Below are positions 47,483 through 57,620 of a DNA stretch of 64,000 nucleotides, one piece after another (positions within the stretch are counted from its first letter, which is position 1; each line of letters begins with the position of its first letter). Source of the DNA: Thermodesulfobacteriota bacterium (GTDB lineage Bacteria > Desulfobacterota_D > UBA1144 > Nemesobacterales > Mycalebacteriaceae); assembly GCA_965226585.1 (NCBI GenBank), contig OZ245366.1, positions 672,001 through 736,000 of the forward strand. The letters run 5' to 3'. Both the position numbers and the translations under genes were made by a program. The notes below the pieces were generated by a model. It was not told where the DNA came from and made no database searches. It saw only the letters and a program-made list of their open reading frames with translations.

Positions 47483-47812
47483 ATGTCAGAAGATACTGTT
47501 GTTGAACTCAGCGATTCACTTTTTGAGAACGAGGTTATCAAAAGCGATATTCCCGTGCTGGTTGATTTCTGGGCTCCGTGGTGCGGGCCCTGCAAGGCGA
47601 TTGCGCCGACCGTGAGTCAGATATCAAAAGACTTTGCGGGCAGGCTGAAAGTGGGCAAGGTCAATGTGGACGAGAATCAGCAGACCTCCATTCAGTTTGG
47701 AATTCGCAGTATTCCCACACTGCTCATTTTCAAAGACGGAAAGATTGTGGAGCAGATAATAGGAGCCGTCTCACAGGGCGACCTTGAGCAGTCCATCAAC
47801 AAGGTTCTCTGA
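47483..47812 (+). CDS. trxA: Thioredoxin
   Basis: DFWAPWCGPC; GAGG RBS before ATG 47483; TTGACA at 47424. Confidence 0.97.
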   Translation: MSEDTVVELSDSLFENEVIKSDIPVLVDFWAPWCGPCKAIAPTVSQISKDFAGRLKVGKVNVDENQQTSIQFGIRSIPTLLIFKDGKIVEQIIGAVSQGDLEQSINKVL

Positions 47813-47835
47813 AACCTTTAAGGCGCGGAATTTCA

Positions 47836-48120
47836 ATGGGAAGATACATAATGCTGAGCACTCTCACCGATGAAGGGCGCAAGACCGTGAAGATGCGTCC
47901 CGAGCGGATAAAAGAGGTCAACAAAGAGATAGAGAAAATGGGGGCGAAGGTTGTCGCGCAGTATGCCGTGCTGGGGCTTTACGATTTCGTCAACATCATT
48001 GAAGCCCCGGACAACGAAACCATAACGAGAATTTCCGTTGAACTCGGCTCGCGCGGCACGGTTCAGCTTCTCACCCTTTCCGCCATCACGATAGACAGTT
48101 TTGAAGAAAAACTTTCTTAA
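47836..48120 (+). CDS. GYD-domain protein
   Basis: 94 aa with LGLYDFVNIIEAPD motif. Confidence 0.85.
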   Translation: MGRYIMLSTLTDEGRKTVKMRPERIKEVNKEIEKMGAKVVAQYAVLGLYDFVNIIEAPDNETITRISVELGSRGTVQLLTLSAITIDSFEEKLS

Positions 48121-48129
48121 CCGCTTTTT

Positions 48130-49611
48130 TCAGAAACGCACTTGCAGTTGGGTGATAACGGATTTTGACACGGCTTTGCTGTCGTCTCCCGAAACCGGTA
48201 TCTGAACGGCGACTGACGGCGATATGAACTTGCCGAAACGGAGCGCGGAGGTGAAATAGAGGTTGTTTTTTCTGCCGTCTCTGAGAGACAGAAAGCGGTT
48301 GCCCTTTAACTCTGCGGACAGTTGAGTCCGCAAACTCACGGGAAGCGCAAGTGTCGCGCCCGCGCCGTATTCAAAGATTTTCTCAGATTCGTCTCCTTCA
48401 AAACGCCCGGCTTTCTTCACAAGCAGGAAGGCGGCTTTTGTCTCAAAAGATAACGGGCCCGCCGCCGCTCCCGCTCCGGCAAACGGCGTTAGAGAGTAAC
48501 AGTTTCTCAAATATACCGGCAGGTCGCGCTTGTAGAGCGAAGTAATCGCCTTGAGCCGTTTGACGTTGTCTTTATAGATTGTCGGCAGGTGCGATTCAAA
48601 CCCCACAGACACCCAGTATGAAGGGGTTTTCGCCAAAACAAACTTGCCGCCCATTATGAAGTTTGAGAGTTCGTATCCGTCCGCCGGATTGCAATCCGGG
48701 GGGCTTCCGCCTGTCCGGTCACACCGGCTTCCGCCTCTGTAAAGGTTGTTCAACCCGACCTGATTGAAGGCTACATACAAACTTTTCCGGTAGTCGGACG
48801 AAGGGACTTCGGCTCCCACATTGTAGAAAATCAACTGCCCTTTCTTGTTTTTCAGCCCGGCAACTTCAAGCCCCGCCCCCGCATATCCCCTCGGAAGAGC
48901 AGAGCGGAACGAATGAGGGTCTCCCGCCTCAACGGACAACTCCTTCCACGGAACGTGCGATATGTCGAAACTCTGCGTGTATTCAAAACGCCCTTGTAGG
49001 GGATTCATAATCGCGACCCTGCCATTGTTCACAAAGTTTCTCATCGGGTTGACCGCGTGGGCGAGAAAGGTCGCGACCGGGTTGTCCAGTTCTATCAGGC
49101 GGTCTGAAGCGTATTCCGCCGCCGCCCCGAACACAACTCCAAGCCCCGGAGTGGAAAGAAGGTCGGGAAGAGACGGGGTTTCCACAAGCCCCTCCACCGT
49201 GTATTCAAACAACGTGCTTTGAAGCGCGGAACCGAGCGCGGAGCCCCAGAAGCCGTATCCCATCCGCCTGTAATACAGATACGAAACATATCCCGCGAAC
49301 GGGTGCACAACATAGTTTGTGAAGAACGCGTCTCCGTCATCAACTTCGGGCTGTTTGGTTATATGACCCCACCACGCGGACGGCGATGTGTTGAGAATTC
49401 TCTCGTTTTTGTTACGGACATAGAAAAACCTGAACGCCCATATTGAGCCGTAGTATATCGCGCCGTCTTTTATAAATTGCCGGCTTTTGACTTCCTTCCC
49501 CGCCGGGATTCCGCCCGCCTCAGAGTCTTGCGCCCTTGCGGCGGGGGTGAGAAGAATCACAGCCATAATCAGGGCGAAGGCAATGCGCGTTCCGTTCAAT
49601 TTTCCTTTCAT
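48130..49611 (-). CDS. Secreted/outer-membrane protein with DUF3943-like N-terminal domain
   Basis: Signal peptide, DGDAFFTNYVVHP and FEYTVEGLVETPSLPDL motifs; beta-strand C-terminus ending QVRF. Confidence 0.7.
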   Translation of the reverse strand: MKGKLNGTRIAFALIMAVILLTPAARAQDSEAGGIPAGKEVKSRQFIKDGAIYYGSIWAFRFFYVRNKNERILNTSPSAWWGHITKQPEVDDGDAFFTNYVVHPFAGYVSYLYYRRMGYGFWGSALGSALQSTLFEYTVEGLVETPSLPDLLSTPGLGVVFGAAAEYASDRLIELDNPVATFLAHAVNPMRNFVNNGRVAIMNPLQGRFEYTQSFDISHVPWKELSVEAGDPHSFRSALPRGYAGAGLEVAGLKNKKGQLIFYNVGAEVPSSDYRKSLYVAFNQVGLNNLYRGGSRCDRTGGSPPDCNPADGYELSNFIMGGKFVLAKTPSYWVSVGFESHLPTIYKDNVKRLKAITSLYKRDLPVYLRNCYSLTPFAGAGAAAGPLSFETKAAFLLVKKAGRFEGDESEKIFEYGAGATLALPVSLRTQLSAELKGNRFLSLRDGRKNNLYFTSALRFGKFISPSVAVQIPVSGDDSKAVSKSVITQLQVRF

Positions 49612-50780
49612 AACGGTTTGCTTCCTTCGCGTTTTTCCGAGACAAAGGAGAGAATGGTTGACACTCTTTGCTCCCATGTGTATTTGCGCGCTTTTTCCCG
49701 CGCACGTTTTCCAATCGCTTCCGCAAAAACCGGCTCATCAAGACAGCGGCGAATGGCGGCGGTAAATCCCGCCCGGTCTCCCGGAGCCGTTACAACGGAG
49801 TCTTCGCCGTCTTTGAGAATCTCAAGCACGGTCGGAATCGCGGTTGCCACTATGGGTTTTCCCGCCGCCATGTATTCAAACAGTTTCATCGGCGAGGTAA
49901 AATCCGCCGCTCTCGTGCCGCCCTTTATCGTTACCGCGTCCGTGTAGGGAAGGGCGAGAACATCGGAAGCCAGAAGATACGGCGGCACTTCGGTGTGCGG
50001 AACAAATCCCTTCACAACAAAGTTGTCAATCCCTCTTTCCTCTGCCGCGCGGATGTGGGGCGCGTTGTCGCAATCCCTTCCGCCGACAATAAGAAAAAGC
50101 GCGTCTTTTATCTCCGCCGCCGCATCAATCAGGTTTTCAATTCCTCTGCCTTCATAAGTGTTTCCGCAGTAGCAGACAACCGGCTTTTCCTCAGAGATGC
50201 CAAGTTGTTTCCGTATCTCATCGCGTCCGGGGCGGTTTTCAAAATCCTCCGTTTCCGCGCCGTTGTGAGCCACAACGGTTTTGCTCTCGCTCAGCCCGTC
50301 TTCAACGTAAATACGGCGCAGTCCGCCGCTGTTGAACGAAACCGCCGGAAGCGAAGGCGAGTTTCTGAACGAACGGAAAAGCGCGCGCGCAAGCGGATTT
50401 ACCGGCGGGTGGTGAGCGTCATAAACGGTTGAAAATCCCGCTTTTGCCGTAACTGCGGCGCAGATTATGTTCAGCGTCAGAACGAGGTCAAACCGTTTTC
50501 TGTTTGAGAGGGCGTAGATGGCGGAGGAAACCCCGTGCGTCAACTGTCTTCCCGCATATCGCGTGAGCGGAAGGGATTTGAGATTGAATGGCTTTTCCAC
50601 GCCGTAGTATTCAAATATGTCTCTCTTCTCAAAACTGCCCGGAACGACCGCTTCAAACTCCACGCCCAGTTTGTCCATCGCCTTGCACATTTCCATTGCG
50701 TGAACGGCATACGCGCCCTTTGAAAAAAGTTCAGGGCTCGCCACATAGCAAATGCGCGGTGAATAAGGAGTACTTTTCAT
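49608..50780 (-). CDS. Glycosyltransferase family 4
   Basis: SPMKLFEYMAAGKPIVAT and YTWEQR motifs. Confidence 0.92.
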   Translation of the reverse strand: MKSTPYSPRICYVASPELFSKGAYAVHAMEMCKAMDKLGVEFEAVVPGSFEKRDIFEYYGVEKPFNLKSLPLTRYAGRQLTHGVSSAIYALSNRKRFDLVLTLNIICAAVTAKAGFSTVYDAHHPPVNPLARALFRSFRNSPSLPAVSFNSGGLRRIYVEDGLSESKTVVAHNGAETEDFENRPGRDEIRKQLGISEEKPVVCYCGNTYEGRGIENLIDAAAEIKDALFLIVGGRDCDNAPHIRAAEERGIDNFVVKGFVPHTEVPPYLLASDVLALPYTDAVTIKGGTRAADFTSPMKLFEYMAAGKPIVATAIPTVLEILKDGEDSVVTAPGDRAGFTAAIRRCLDEPVFAEAIGKRAREKARKYTWEQRVSTILSFVSEKREGSKPL

Positions 50781-50860
50781 CGGCGGGGGAGTTGGTAGAG
50801 GGCTGATTTTACCGCTATAATCAAGGGCGGTCAAACCATCCTTTCAGGTTCGTATCTCAT

Positions 50861-52138
50861 ATGTCCAAAACCGGCGTTAAATCCATTAAGGGCTTCGTTG
50901 ATGTTCTGCCACAGCGCGCGCGTCTCTGGAGTTTTCTTGAAGACACCGCCGCAAAAGTGTTCGGGATTTACGGATTTTCACAAATCAGAACCCCTGTTCT
51001 TGAGTTCACAGATGTGTACGCGAGAGCGGTAGGCAGTTCCACAGACCTTGTGGAGAAAGAGATGTATTCATTTGAAGACAGAGACGGCTCGGATATAACT
51101 CTGCGCCCCGAAGGCACCGCCGGTGTTGTGAGGGCTTACATTGAAAACTCCATGCACAGATCCGCGCCCACACAGAAACTTTACTATTCGGGGGAGATGT
51201 TCAGGCACGAGCGTCCGCAAAAGGGCAGGATGAGGGGATTTCACCAGATAGGGGCTGAGTTTTTCGGCTCCGGCGCGGCGTCTGCGGATTGTGAGGTGAT
51301 GGCGATGCTGTGGCAGTTTTTCACCGAAGCGGGTTTGTCTGGCGGCTTGCGGATGGAGATAAATTCCATCGGAACCCCTGAAGACCGCAAAGGTTTTACC
51401 GCCGCCCTTGCGGAGTTTCTGCTTCCTCTGAGCGGCAAACTGTGCGACGACTGCAAAAGAAGGGCGGAAACAAATCCGCTCAGGGTTCTTGACTGCAAAA
51501 ACTCTTCCTGCTCGTCCGCAACCGAAGGCGCGCCGGAGATGAGCGGTTTTCTTTCGCCGGAAAGCGCGCAACATTTTGACGAGGTGAAAGAGCGTCTCAC
51601 CGCGCTGTCGGTTCCCTTTGTTGTGAACACAAGGATAGTCAGAGGGCTTGACTACTACACGCGCACGGTGTTTGAGGTGAAGGCGGATGACGGGCTCGGC
51701 ACACAGAACGCAGTTGCCGCAGGCGGCAGATACGACCTGCTGGTTGAAAATCTCGGAGGACCTCCCACGCCCGCAACCGGTTTTGCGATAGGAATGGAAA
51801 GGGCGGTTCTTCTGCTTGAAAATGCGGACAGGGGAGAGCCGGGCAGAGAGGGCGTGTTTGTGGGATGGATTGGCGGCGAATGTTTTAACGAGGCGTTTGC
51901 TCTTTCCGCCCGTCTGCGCGCGCTTTCGGTCAAGGTTTGGATTGAGCACGGGGAGTTGGGAATCAGAAGCCAGATAAAAAAGGCGGACAAGGCGGGGGCG
52001 CGTTTTATGGTAATAGTGGGTCCCGGAGAGATGGAAAGCGGAGTTGTGAAACTTAGAGATATGGAAAGCGGCTCAGAAACCGATATTCCCACCGGAGGCG
52101 CGGCGGATGAGATAGCCAAATCCGCAACTGTTGTCTAA
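50861..52138 (+). CDS. hisS: Histidine-tRNA ligase
   Basis: LRPEGTA, FRHERPQKGR, VRGLDYY and GGRYD motifs. Confidence 0.98.
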   Translation: MSKTGVKSIKGFVDVLPQRARLWSFLEDTAAKVFGIYGFSQIRTPVLEFTDVYARAVGSSTDLVEKEMYSFEDRDGSDITLRPEGTAGVVRAYIENSMHRSAPTQKLYYSGEMFRHERPQKGRMRGFHQIGAEFFGSGAASADCEVMAMLWQFFTEAGLSGGLRMEINSIGTPEDRKGFTAALAEFLLPLSGKLCDDCKRRAETNPLRVLDCKNSSCSSATEGAPEMSGFLSPESAQHFDEVKERLTALSVPFVVNTRIVRGLDYYTRTVFEVKADDGLGTQNAVAAGGRYDLLVENLGGPPTPATGFAIGMERAVLLLENADRGEPGREGVFVGWIGGECFNEAFALSARLRALSVKVWIEHGELGIRSQIKKADKAGARFMVIVGPGEMESGVVKLRDMESGSETDIPTGGAADEIAKSATVV

Positions 52139-53400
52139 TGCCCGGCAGAAATATTCATTACGGCTGGATTATTGTATGCGCGGCTTTTGTGCTGATATTT
52201 CTTGACGGGCTTCTGCTTTACACATTCGGGGTTTTCAAACCGTATCTCAGCGAAGCCGTGCAACTCACCGAAACGGCGGTTGCGTCAATATTCTCCGTGC
52301 GCTGTGTAACGCTTGCCATTTCAATGCCGCTTGCGGGAAAACTCGCCGAGCGTTTTGCTCCCCGGTGGGTGATACTTTGCGGCGGCATTCTCGCGTCATC
52401 CGGTTTCTATCTCGCCTCAACCGCAGACAGCATCGGTGAACTCTATCTCTACTACGGTTTTCTTGTGGGACTGGGAGACGGCGCGTTCTACACGCTTCCG
52501 GTTGCCATTATCAGCAGGTGGTTCAAAAAGAACCGCGCGCTCGCCATCGGTATAGCGACAACGGGGCTTCCGGTGAGCGGTTTGGTTATCTCCCCGATAA
52601 GCGCGTGGCTTGTGCATGTTTATTCGCTTGAACGTGCTTTTGTTGTGTGCGCCGTTATTCTGCTTACTATCTCGTTTGCCGGTTTTATTCTCAGAAAAGA
52701 CCCCTCTGAAATGGGGCAGACTCCAGTCGGCGGAACTGAGGAAGACCGTGGCGCAGACCCGGACGCGGGCAGTGTTCGCGCTCTTGACGCGATTAAGCAA
52801 AAGGATTTTTGGATTCTGTATTTCATCTTCTGGGCGGGCTTCAACACTTTTCTTATTGTGATAATCAACCTCTACAATTTCGCTCTGGATCAGGGGCTGA
52901 GTGAACACATTTTCATAAACTTCGGTTTGTGGGAGATGGACACTCTCAAGGCGGCAATTCCGCCCGCGCTTATCGGGCTTGGCAGTGTGATAGGGCGTAT
53001 ATTCTTTTCGGGATATGCTCTCAAGTTTCTCAACGAAAGCCGGGTTTTGCTTGTCTGTTATTTGTGCAAGGCGGTTTTGATAACGCTTGTTCTGGTTTTT
53101 ATTGGCGAGTGGGCGTTTTATGTGTTTGGTTTTCTGTTTGGTTTCTTTTACAGCGGCTGGGTTCCGATATTCCCGATAATTCTCGGCAATCTTTACGGGT
53201 TGAGAGAGTTGGGAGCGATATTCGGATTTTTCGGAAGCGGTTTTTCTCTTGCCGCTCTCACGGGACCCATAACCGCCGGTTTGCTGAGGGACAGTCTTGG
53301 CGGATATTCCCCGATGTTCATAGCGGCGGTGGCGTTCTGCATCCTCGCGGCGGCGTTGACTTTTTTCATAAGAACCAGCGGAAGAGAGGAGACGGCATAA
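52138..53400 (+). CDS. MFS transporter (monocarboxylate/OFA-like)
   Basis: HYGWIIV and RWFKKNRALAIGIA motifs; 12 TM helices. Confidence 0.88.
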   Translation: MPGRNIHYGWIIVCAAFVLIFLDGLLLYTFGVFKPYLSEAVQLTETAVASIFSVRCVTLAISMPLAGKLAERFAPRWVILCGGILASSGFYLASTADSIGELYLYYGFLVGLGDGAFYTLPVAIISRWFKKNRALAIGIATTGLPVSGLVISPISAWLVHVYSLERAFVVCAVILLTISFAGFILRKDPSEMGQTPVGGTEEDRGADPDAGSVRALDAIKQKDFWILYFIFWAGFNTFLIVIINLYNFALDQGLSEHIFINFGLWEMDTLKAAIPPALIGLGSVIGRIFFSGYALKFLNESRVLLVCYLCKAVLITLVLVFIGEWAFYVFGFLFGFFYSGWVPIFPIILGNLYGLRELGAIFGFFGSGFSLAALTGPITAGLLRDSLGGYSPMFIAAVAFCILAAALTFFIRTSGREETA

Positions 53401-53401
53401 T

Positions 53402-53578
53402 ATGTTTGGCGTAGGCATAGGTGAAATACTGCTTGTCTGTCTGATAGCCATTTTCTTTTTCGGGCCCGATGATTTTGTAAAATTGACACGCCTTGCGGCA
53501 AGGGGATTGAGAGAGTTCAGGGTTTTTAAGCAGGATGTGAAGGACAGTATTGATTTGGATGAGAGGAAGGAGAAGTGA
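53402..53578 (+). CDS. Twin-arginine translocase TatA/TatB-family subunit (absent from the ORF track)
   Basis: Manual translation MFGVGIGEILLVCLIAIFFFGPDDFVKLTRLAARGLREFRVFKQDVKDSIDLDERKEK: TM helix, FGP hinge, amphipathic helix. Confidence 0.85.
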   Translation: MFGVGIGEILLVCLIAIFFFGPDDFVKLTRLAARGLREFRVFKQDVKDSIDLDERKEK

Positions 53579-53765
53579 TGAAAAAAGTTGCTCTGATGTT
53601 TTGCGGCGCGGCATAATCCCGATTCGGAAATAACAAAAGCCCTTGTCCGGGGCGGAGCGGATGAAAGTGAATTGACGGGGCTTTGGCTCTCGGACAAGAA
53701 GGAAGTTTTTGACCCTTTCCCGCCGTTCTGATACATTCCGTCTGACCGCTTCCGGTAGAAACCAG

Positions 53766-55370
53766 ATGCATAAAATCGTCATTGACGGCAAAGAGATTGA
53801 AGTTGAAGACGGCGTAAATATCATACAAGCCGCCGAGCGGATTGGCGTTCAAATTCCGCATTTCTGCTACCACCCGTCATTAAGCATTGTCGCCCAGTGC
53901 AGACAGTGCCTTGTTGAAGTAAAAGGAATCCCCAAGGTTATGCCCGCCTGCAACCTCTTTCCCGTGGACGGTATGGAAGTCTTTACAAACTCCCCCAAAG
54001 CGGTTGAAGCTCGCAGAGCGACCGTTGAATTCACGCTGATAAACCACCCGCTTGACTGCCCGGTTTGCGACAAAGGCGGAGAGTGCGACCTTCAACTGAC
54101 AGCCGTTTCACACGGCAGGAATTACAGCAGGTTTGACCCGCCGGAAGAGAAAAAAGTCAGAAAAAAATACTACCTCAGCGAACGCATAATGTATGACCCG
54201 AACCGGTGCATAATGTGCACACGGTGCGTGCGCTTTACGGACGAAGTTACCAAAACCGGCGAACTGGGTTACGACAACAGAGGGTTTCGCAAAAAAATAA
54301 CGGTTTTCCCCGGAAAGGAACTCAACAACGAACTTTCGGGAAACGTGATAGACCTCTGCCCCGTTGGCGCGCTTCTCTCAAAAGAGTCTCTGCACGGCGA
54401 AAGGGTGTGGTATATGAAACACACGGACACCGTCTGCCCGCTTTGCAGTAACGGATGCAACATAACGGCGGGAGCAAACTTGAGAGAAGGCAAACTGATG
54501 AGAGTGCGCCCGAGGGTGAACATGGACGTTAACGAACACTGGATATGCGACCGGGGCAGGTTTGAGTTTGCAGAAACACAGGAGCCCGAAAAACGGCTCA
54601 GGCAACCGATACGAAAAGACGAAAACGGCGAATATGAAAACACCTCATGGGAACTCGCGGCGGCTGATTTTCAATCCGCCTTCACAAATGCGGGGCGGCG
54701 CGCCTTTCTCTGTTCAGCCGTTCTCACAAACGAAGAACTCTATCTCGCCCTCAAACTGTCTGAAGAATTCGGCGTTTCCCGCTTTGCCTGCAACTCAGGA
54801 AACACGGGCGGCGAAAAGAAATTCGGCATCATAAGCGCAGACCCGTTTCCAAACGGCACGGGAGCAAAAGACCTCGGAATAGACACGGGTCCCTCCGCCG
54901 CAGAAAAAATTGCGGAAGCCCTGCTTGCCGGAGAGATTGACGTCCTTTTCGTTATGCATGAAGACCTTTTCCGCCTATGCTCCGGACGCGAGAGCGAGAT
55001 GGAGAGCGCGCTTTCCCGCCTGTCTTTTCTCGCCGTGCTTGACACCCGCCTCACACAGACGGCAAGGTTTGCCAACCTGATTCTTCCCGGCGCGACCCCT
55101 TATGAAAAAGACGGAACTTTTACAAACGACATGGGAAGGGTGCAAAGGGTCAGAAAGGTTCTGGACGCCCCCGGAGACGCCATGCAAGACTGGGAGGCGT
55201 TGAAACTTCTGGGCGCGTCATCGCCCGAGCAGTTTTTTCACGGCTCTCCCGCAGAGATAATGGGAGAGATTTCAACAAGGTTCAAGCCGTATGAGGCAAT
55301 GGACTACGACCTGATAGATTTCCTCGGAGTTGGAAGAAAAGGTGATATCACCGGACAGTCAGCTTTTTGA
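53766..55370 (+). CDS. nuoG: NADH-quinone oxidoreductase subunit G (short form)
   Basis: IPHFCYHP, CRQCLVEV, NHPLDCPVCDKGGEC, RCIMCTRCVRF and DLCPVGAL motifs. Confidence 0.93.
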   Translation: MHKIVIDGKEIEVEDGVNIIQAAERIGVQIPHFCYHPSLSIVAQCRQCLVEVKGIPKVMPACNLFPVDGMEVFTNSPKAVEARRATVEFTLINHPLDCPVCDKGGECDLQLTAVSHGRNYSRFDPPEEKKVRKKYYLSERIMYDPNRCIMCTRCVRFTDEVTKTGELGYDNRGFRKKITVFPGKELNNELSGNVIDLCPVGALLSKESLHGERVWYMKHTDTVCPLCSNGCNITAGANLREGKLMRVRPRVNMDVNEHWICDRGRFEFAETQEPEKRLRQPIRKDENGEYENTSWELAAADFQSAFTNAGRRAFLCSAVLTNEELYLALKLSEEFGVSRFACNSGNTGGEKKFGIISADPFPNGTGAKDLGIDTGPSAAEKIAEALLAGEIDVLFVMHEDLFRLCSGRESEMESALSRLSFLAVLDTRLTQTARFANLILPGATPYEKDGTFTNDMGRVQRVRKVLDAPGDAMQDWEALKLLGASSPEQFFHGSPAEIMGEISTRFKPYEAMDYDLIDFLGVGRKGDITGQSAF

Positions 55371-56406
55371 GTGGGCGGCGGCGGTCGTTAAATCCGCGCT
55401 TATGATTGGCGCGGTGCTGACGGCGGTTGCCTATCTCACCTATGCGGAAAGGCGTGTGAGCGCGCTTATTCAGGACCGCCTCGGTCCCAACAGGGTTGGG
55501 CCTTTCGGGCTTCTCCAGCCCCTTGCCGACGGGGTTAAGTTTATGTTCAAGGAAGACACCGTTCCCGCAGGGGCGAACAAAACCATTTACGCGCTTGCTC
55601 CCGTTTTCTCATTCGTTACGGCAATCGCCGCGCTTGCCGTGATTCCCATAGGGCGCGGATTTGAAACCGACCTTATGGGGCTTCTCTCATCGCCCGCTTT
55701 TATAAGTTTCCAAATCGCCGACATAGAGGCGGGCGCGCTGTATGTTTTCGCCGTCAGTTCGCTGAGCGTCTACGGCGTGATACTGGGCGGATGGGCTTCA
55801 AACAGCAAATACTCCCTTATTGGCGGAATCAGGGGAATCTCGCAGATGATAAGTTACGAACTCGCCCTGGGGCTTTCGGTCATCGGGGTTTTCGCCCTTG
55901 TCGGCTCTCTCAGAATAGGAGACATAGTTGAGTACCAAAGCGGCGTGTGGCTGATATTTCCGCAATTTCTGGGGTTTTTGATATTTCTTGTCGCGTCTTT
56001 TGCGGAGACAAACCGGCTTCCGTTTGATATGCCCGAAGCCGAGCCGGAAATAGTCGGCGGCTACCACACGGAATACAGCGGAATGAAGTTCGCGATGTTT
56101 TTCCTTGCCGAATACACGCACATGATAGTCGCCTCGTGCCTGATAACCGCGCTTTACCTCGGCGGCTGGTATCCGCTTCCCTTCACCGGATGGGGCGGTG
56201 TTGATATTGACGCCCGCTGGTATCTGCCTCCGCTTGTTTTTATTGGCAAAGTGGCGGCGGTGCTTTTCTTTTTCATCTGGGTGCGGTGGACTCTTCCGCG
56301 TTTCCGTTCAGACCAGGTTATGAAGTTCGGGTGGAAGGTTCTTCTGCCGCTGTCGGTTGTGAACATCGTTGGAACCGCCGTGTATGTGGCGGTTGCGGGC
56401 GGGTGA
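55330..56406 (+). CDS. nuoH: NADH-quinone oxidoreductase subunit H
   Basis: QDRLGPNRVGP, AETNRLPFD and GGYHTEYSG motifs. Confidence 0.97.
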   Translation: MEEKVISPDSQLFEWAAAVVKSALMIGAVLTAVAYLTYAERRVSALIQDRLGPNRVGPFGLLQPLADGVKFMFKEDTVPAGANKTIYALAPVFSFVTAIAALAVIPIGRGFETDLMGLLSSPAFISFQIADIEAGALYVFAVSSLSVYGVILGGWASNSKYSLIGGIRGISQMISYELALGLSVIGVFALVGSLRIGDIVEYQSGVWLIFPQFLGFLIFLVASFAETNRLPFDMPEAEPEIVGGYHTEYSGMKFAMFFLAEYTHMIVASCLITALYLGGWYPLPFTGWGGVDIDARWYLPPLVFIGKVAAVLFFFIWVRWTLPRFRSDQVMKFGWKVLLPLSVVNIVGTAVYVAVAGG

Positions 56407-56445
56407 AAAATGACGACCGGGCGCGCGGTGTGTATAATTTCACCC

Positions 56446-57162
56446 GTGTCCGCCTCAACAAAAAGCCGCCTGATACTCGCGCTTGATTTTCCTTCCGTAC
56501 AAAACGCCTCGGCTTTTGCCCTTGCCTGCGCGGGAAAAGTGGGAGCCTACAAAGTCGGTCCCGTGATGTTTTTCGGCGGCGGCCCTCAAGTTATTGACTG
56601 GCTTCAGGAAAATTGCGGCGGCGGGATTTTCCTTGACCTCAAGTTTCACGACATTCCCAACACGGTTGCGGGAGCCGTTTCGCGCATATCGCGCCTGAAC
56701 GTGGACATGTTCACGGTTCATTCCCTTGGAGGGGAGAAGATGATAAAAGCCGCCCGCGACACGGCGGAAGATGGCGCGCAGAGCCTTGGACTGCAAAGAC
56801 CCGCGGTGATAGCGGTAACCGTTTTGACAAGCCACGATGAGGATGAAGCGAAAAAACTTTTCGGCGGCGCGGACACGGTTTCAACAGTTCTCCGCCTTGC
56901 AGACACGGCGGAAAAGGGCGGCGCAGACGGGCTTGTGTGTTCCGGAATGGAGATAGAGCCGCTCAAAAAAGAGTTCGGCGACCGTTTCAAACTTATAGTG
57001 CCCGGAGTGCGTCTTGAAAGTTCCCCCGCAGAAGACCAGAGCAGGGTTGTAACCCCGAAAGAGGCGTTTGAAAAAGGGGCGGACTACATCGTTGCCGGCA
57101 GAACCGTTACGCAAGCGGAAGACCCCGCCGCCGCTCTCAGAGAGATTACGGGCGAGGGTTAA
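56446..57162 (+). CDS. pyrF: Orotidine-5'-phosphate decarboxylase
   Basis: LILALD, FLDLKFHDIPNTV and VPGVR motifs; start GTG 56446, 7 nt after a TATAAT. Confidence 0.95.
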   Translation: MSASTKSRLILALDFPSVQNASAFALACAGKVGAYKVGPVMFFGGGPQVIDWLQENCGGGIFLDLKFHDIPNTVAGAVSRISRLNVDMFTVHSLGGEKMIKAARDTAEDGAQSLGLQRPAVIAVTVLTSHDEDEAKKLFGGADTVSTVLRLADTAEKGGADGLVCSGMEIEPLKKEFGDRFKLIVPGVRLESSPAEDQSRVVTPKEAFEKGADYIVAGRTVTQAEDPAAALREITGEG

Positions 57163-57536
57163 ACCTCGTTCACTTTCCAGTTTTCATCAACCCACAAGCC
57201 GGTGATTTCCGCGCCGGGAAACTGCGTTTTCAAAAAATTCGCGGCTTCGGTTATATGCTCAATGTGCTTTTCTTTCGCAACCGGATTTCCGGCGCAGTCG
57301 TGGTGACCCGCGATGGCTATGTGCTGTGAGCCGTGTTTTTCCACAGATATTTGAACATAACGGAGAATCGCCTCAATCTTTGCGGGGTCGGCGGGGTCGC
57401 GTTCAGACATTATCAAGTCCGCCCCGGCTCCGGTTACGCAATCCACATAGTCCGCTCCGCGCCGTTTTTTCAGGTACTCAATAACGGGCAGTTGAACCCT
57501 GCCGTCAATGCAGTTTATGGCTGTGCAGAATTTCAT
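57159..57536 (-). CDS. Small beta-class carbonic anhydrase-like protein
   Basis: CIDGR and HHDCAGNP Zn-ligand motifs (CxD, HxxC). Confidence 0.8.
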   Translation of the reverse strand: MKFCTAINCIDGRVQLPVIEYLKKRRGADYVDCVTGAGADLIMSERDPADPAKIEAILRYVQISVEKHGSQHIAIAGHHDCAGNPVAKEKHIEHITEAANFLKTQFPGAEITGLWVDENWKVNEV

Positions 57537-57620
57537 CGTTTTCCCCCGCCGGCGATTTGACGATATTTCATTTCCGTCAAATTGACATAGATTTTAACAC
57601 AAGAGGTTTCGTAAGTAGGC

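Noticed and set aside
47332..47595. N-terminal extension of FumC in the ORF track
   Set aside because: Overlaps trxA on the opposite strand; conserved FumC sequence begins at ATG 47331.
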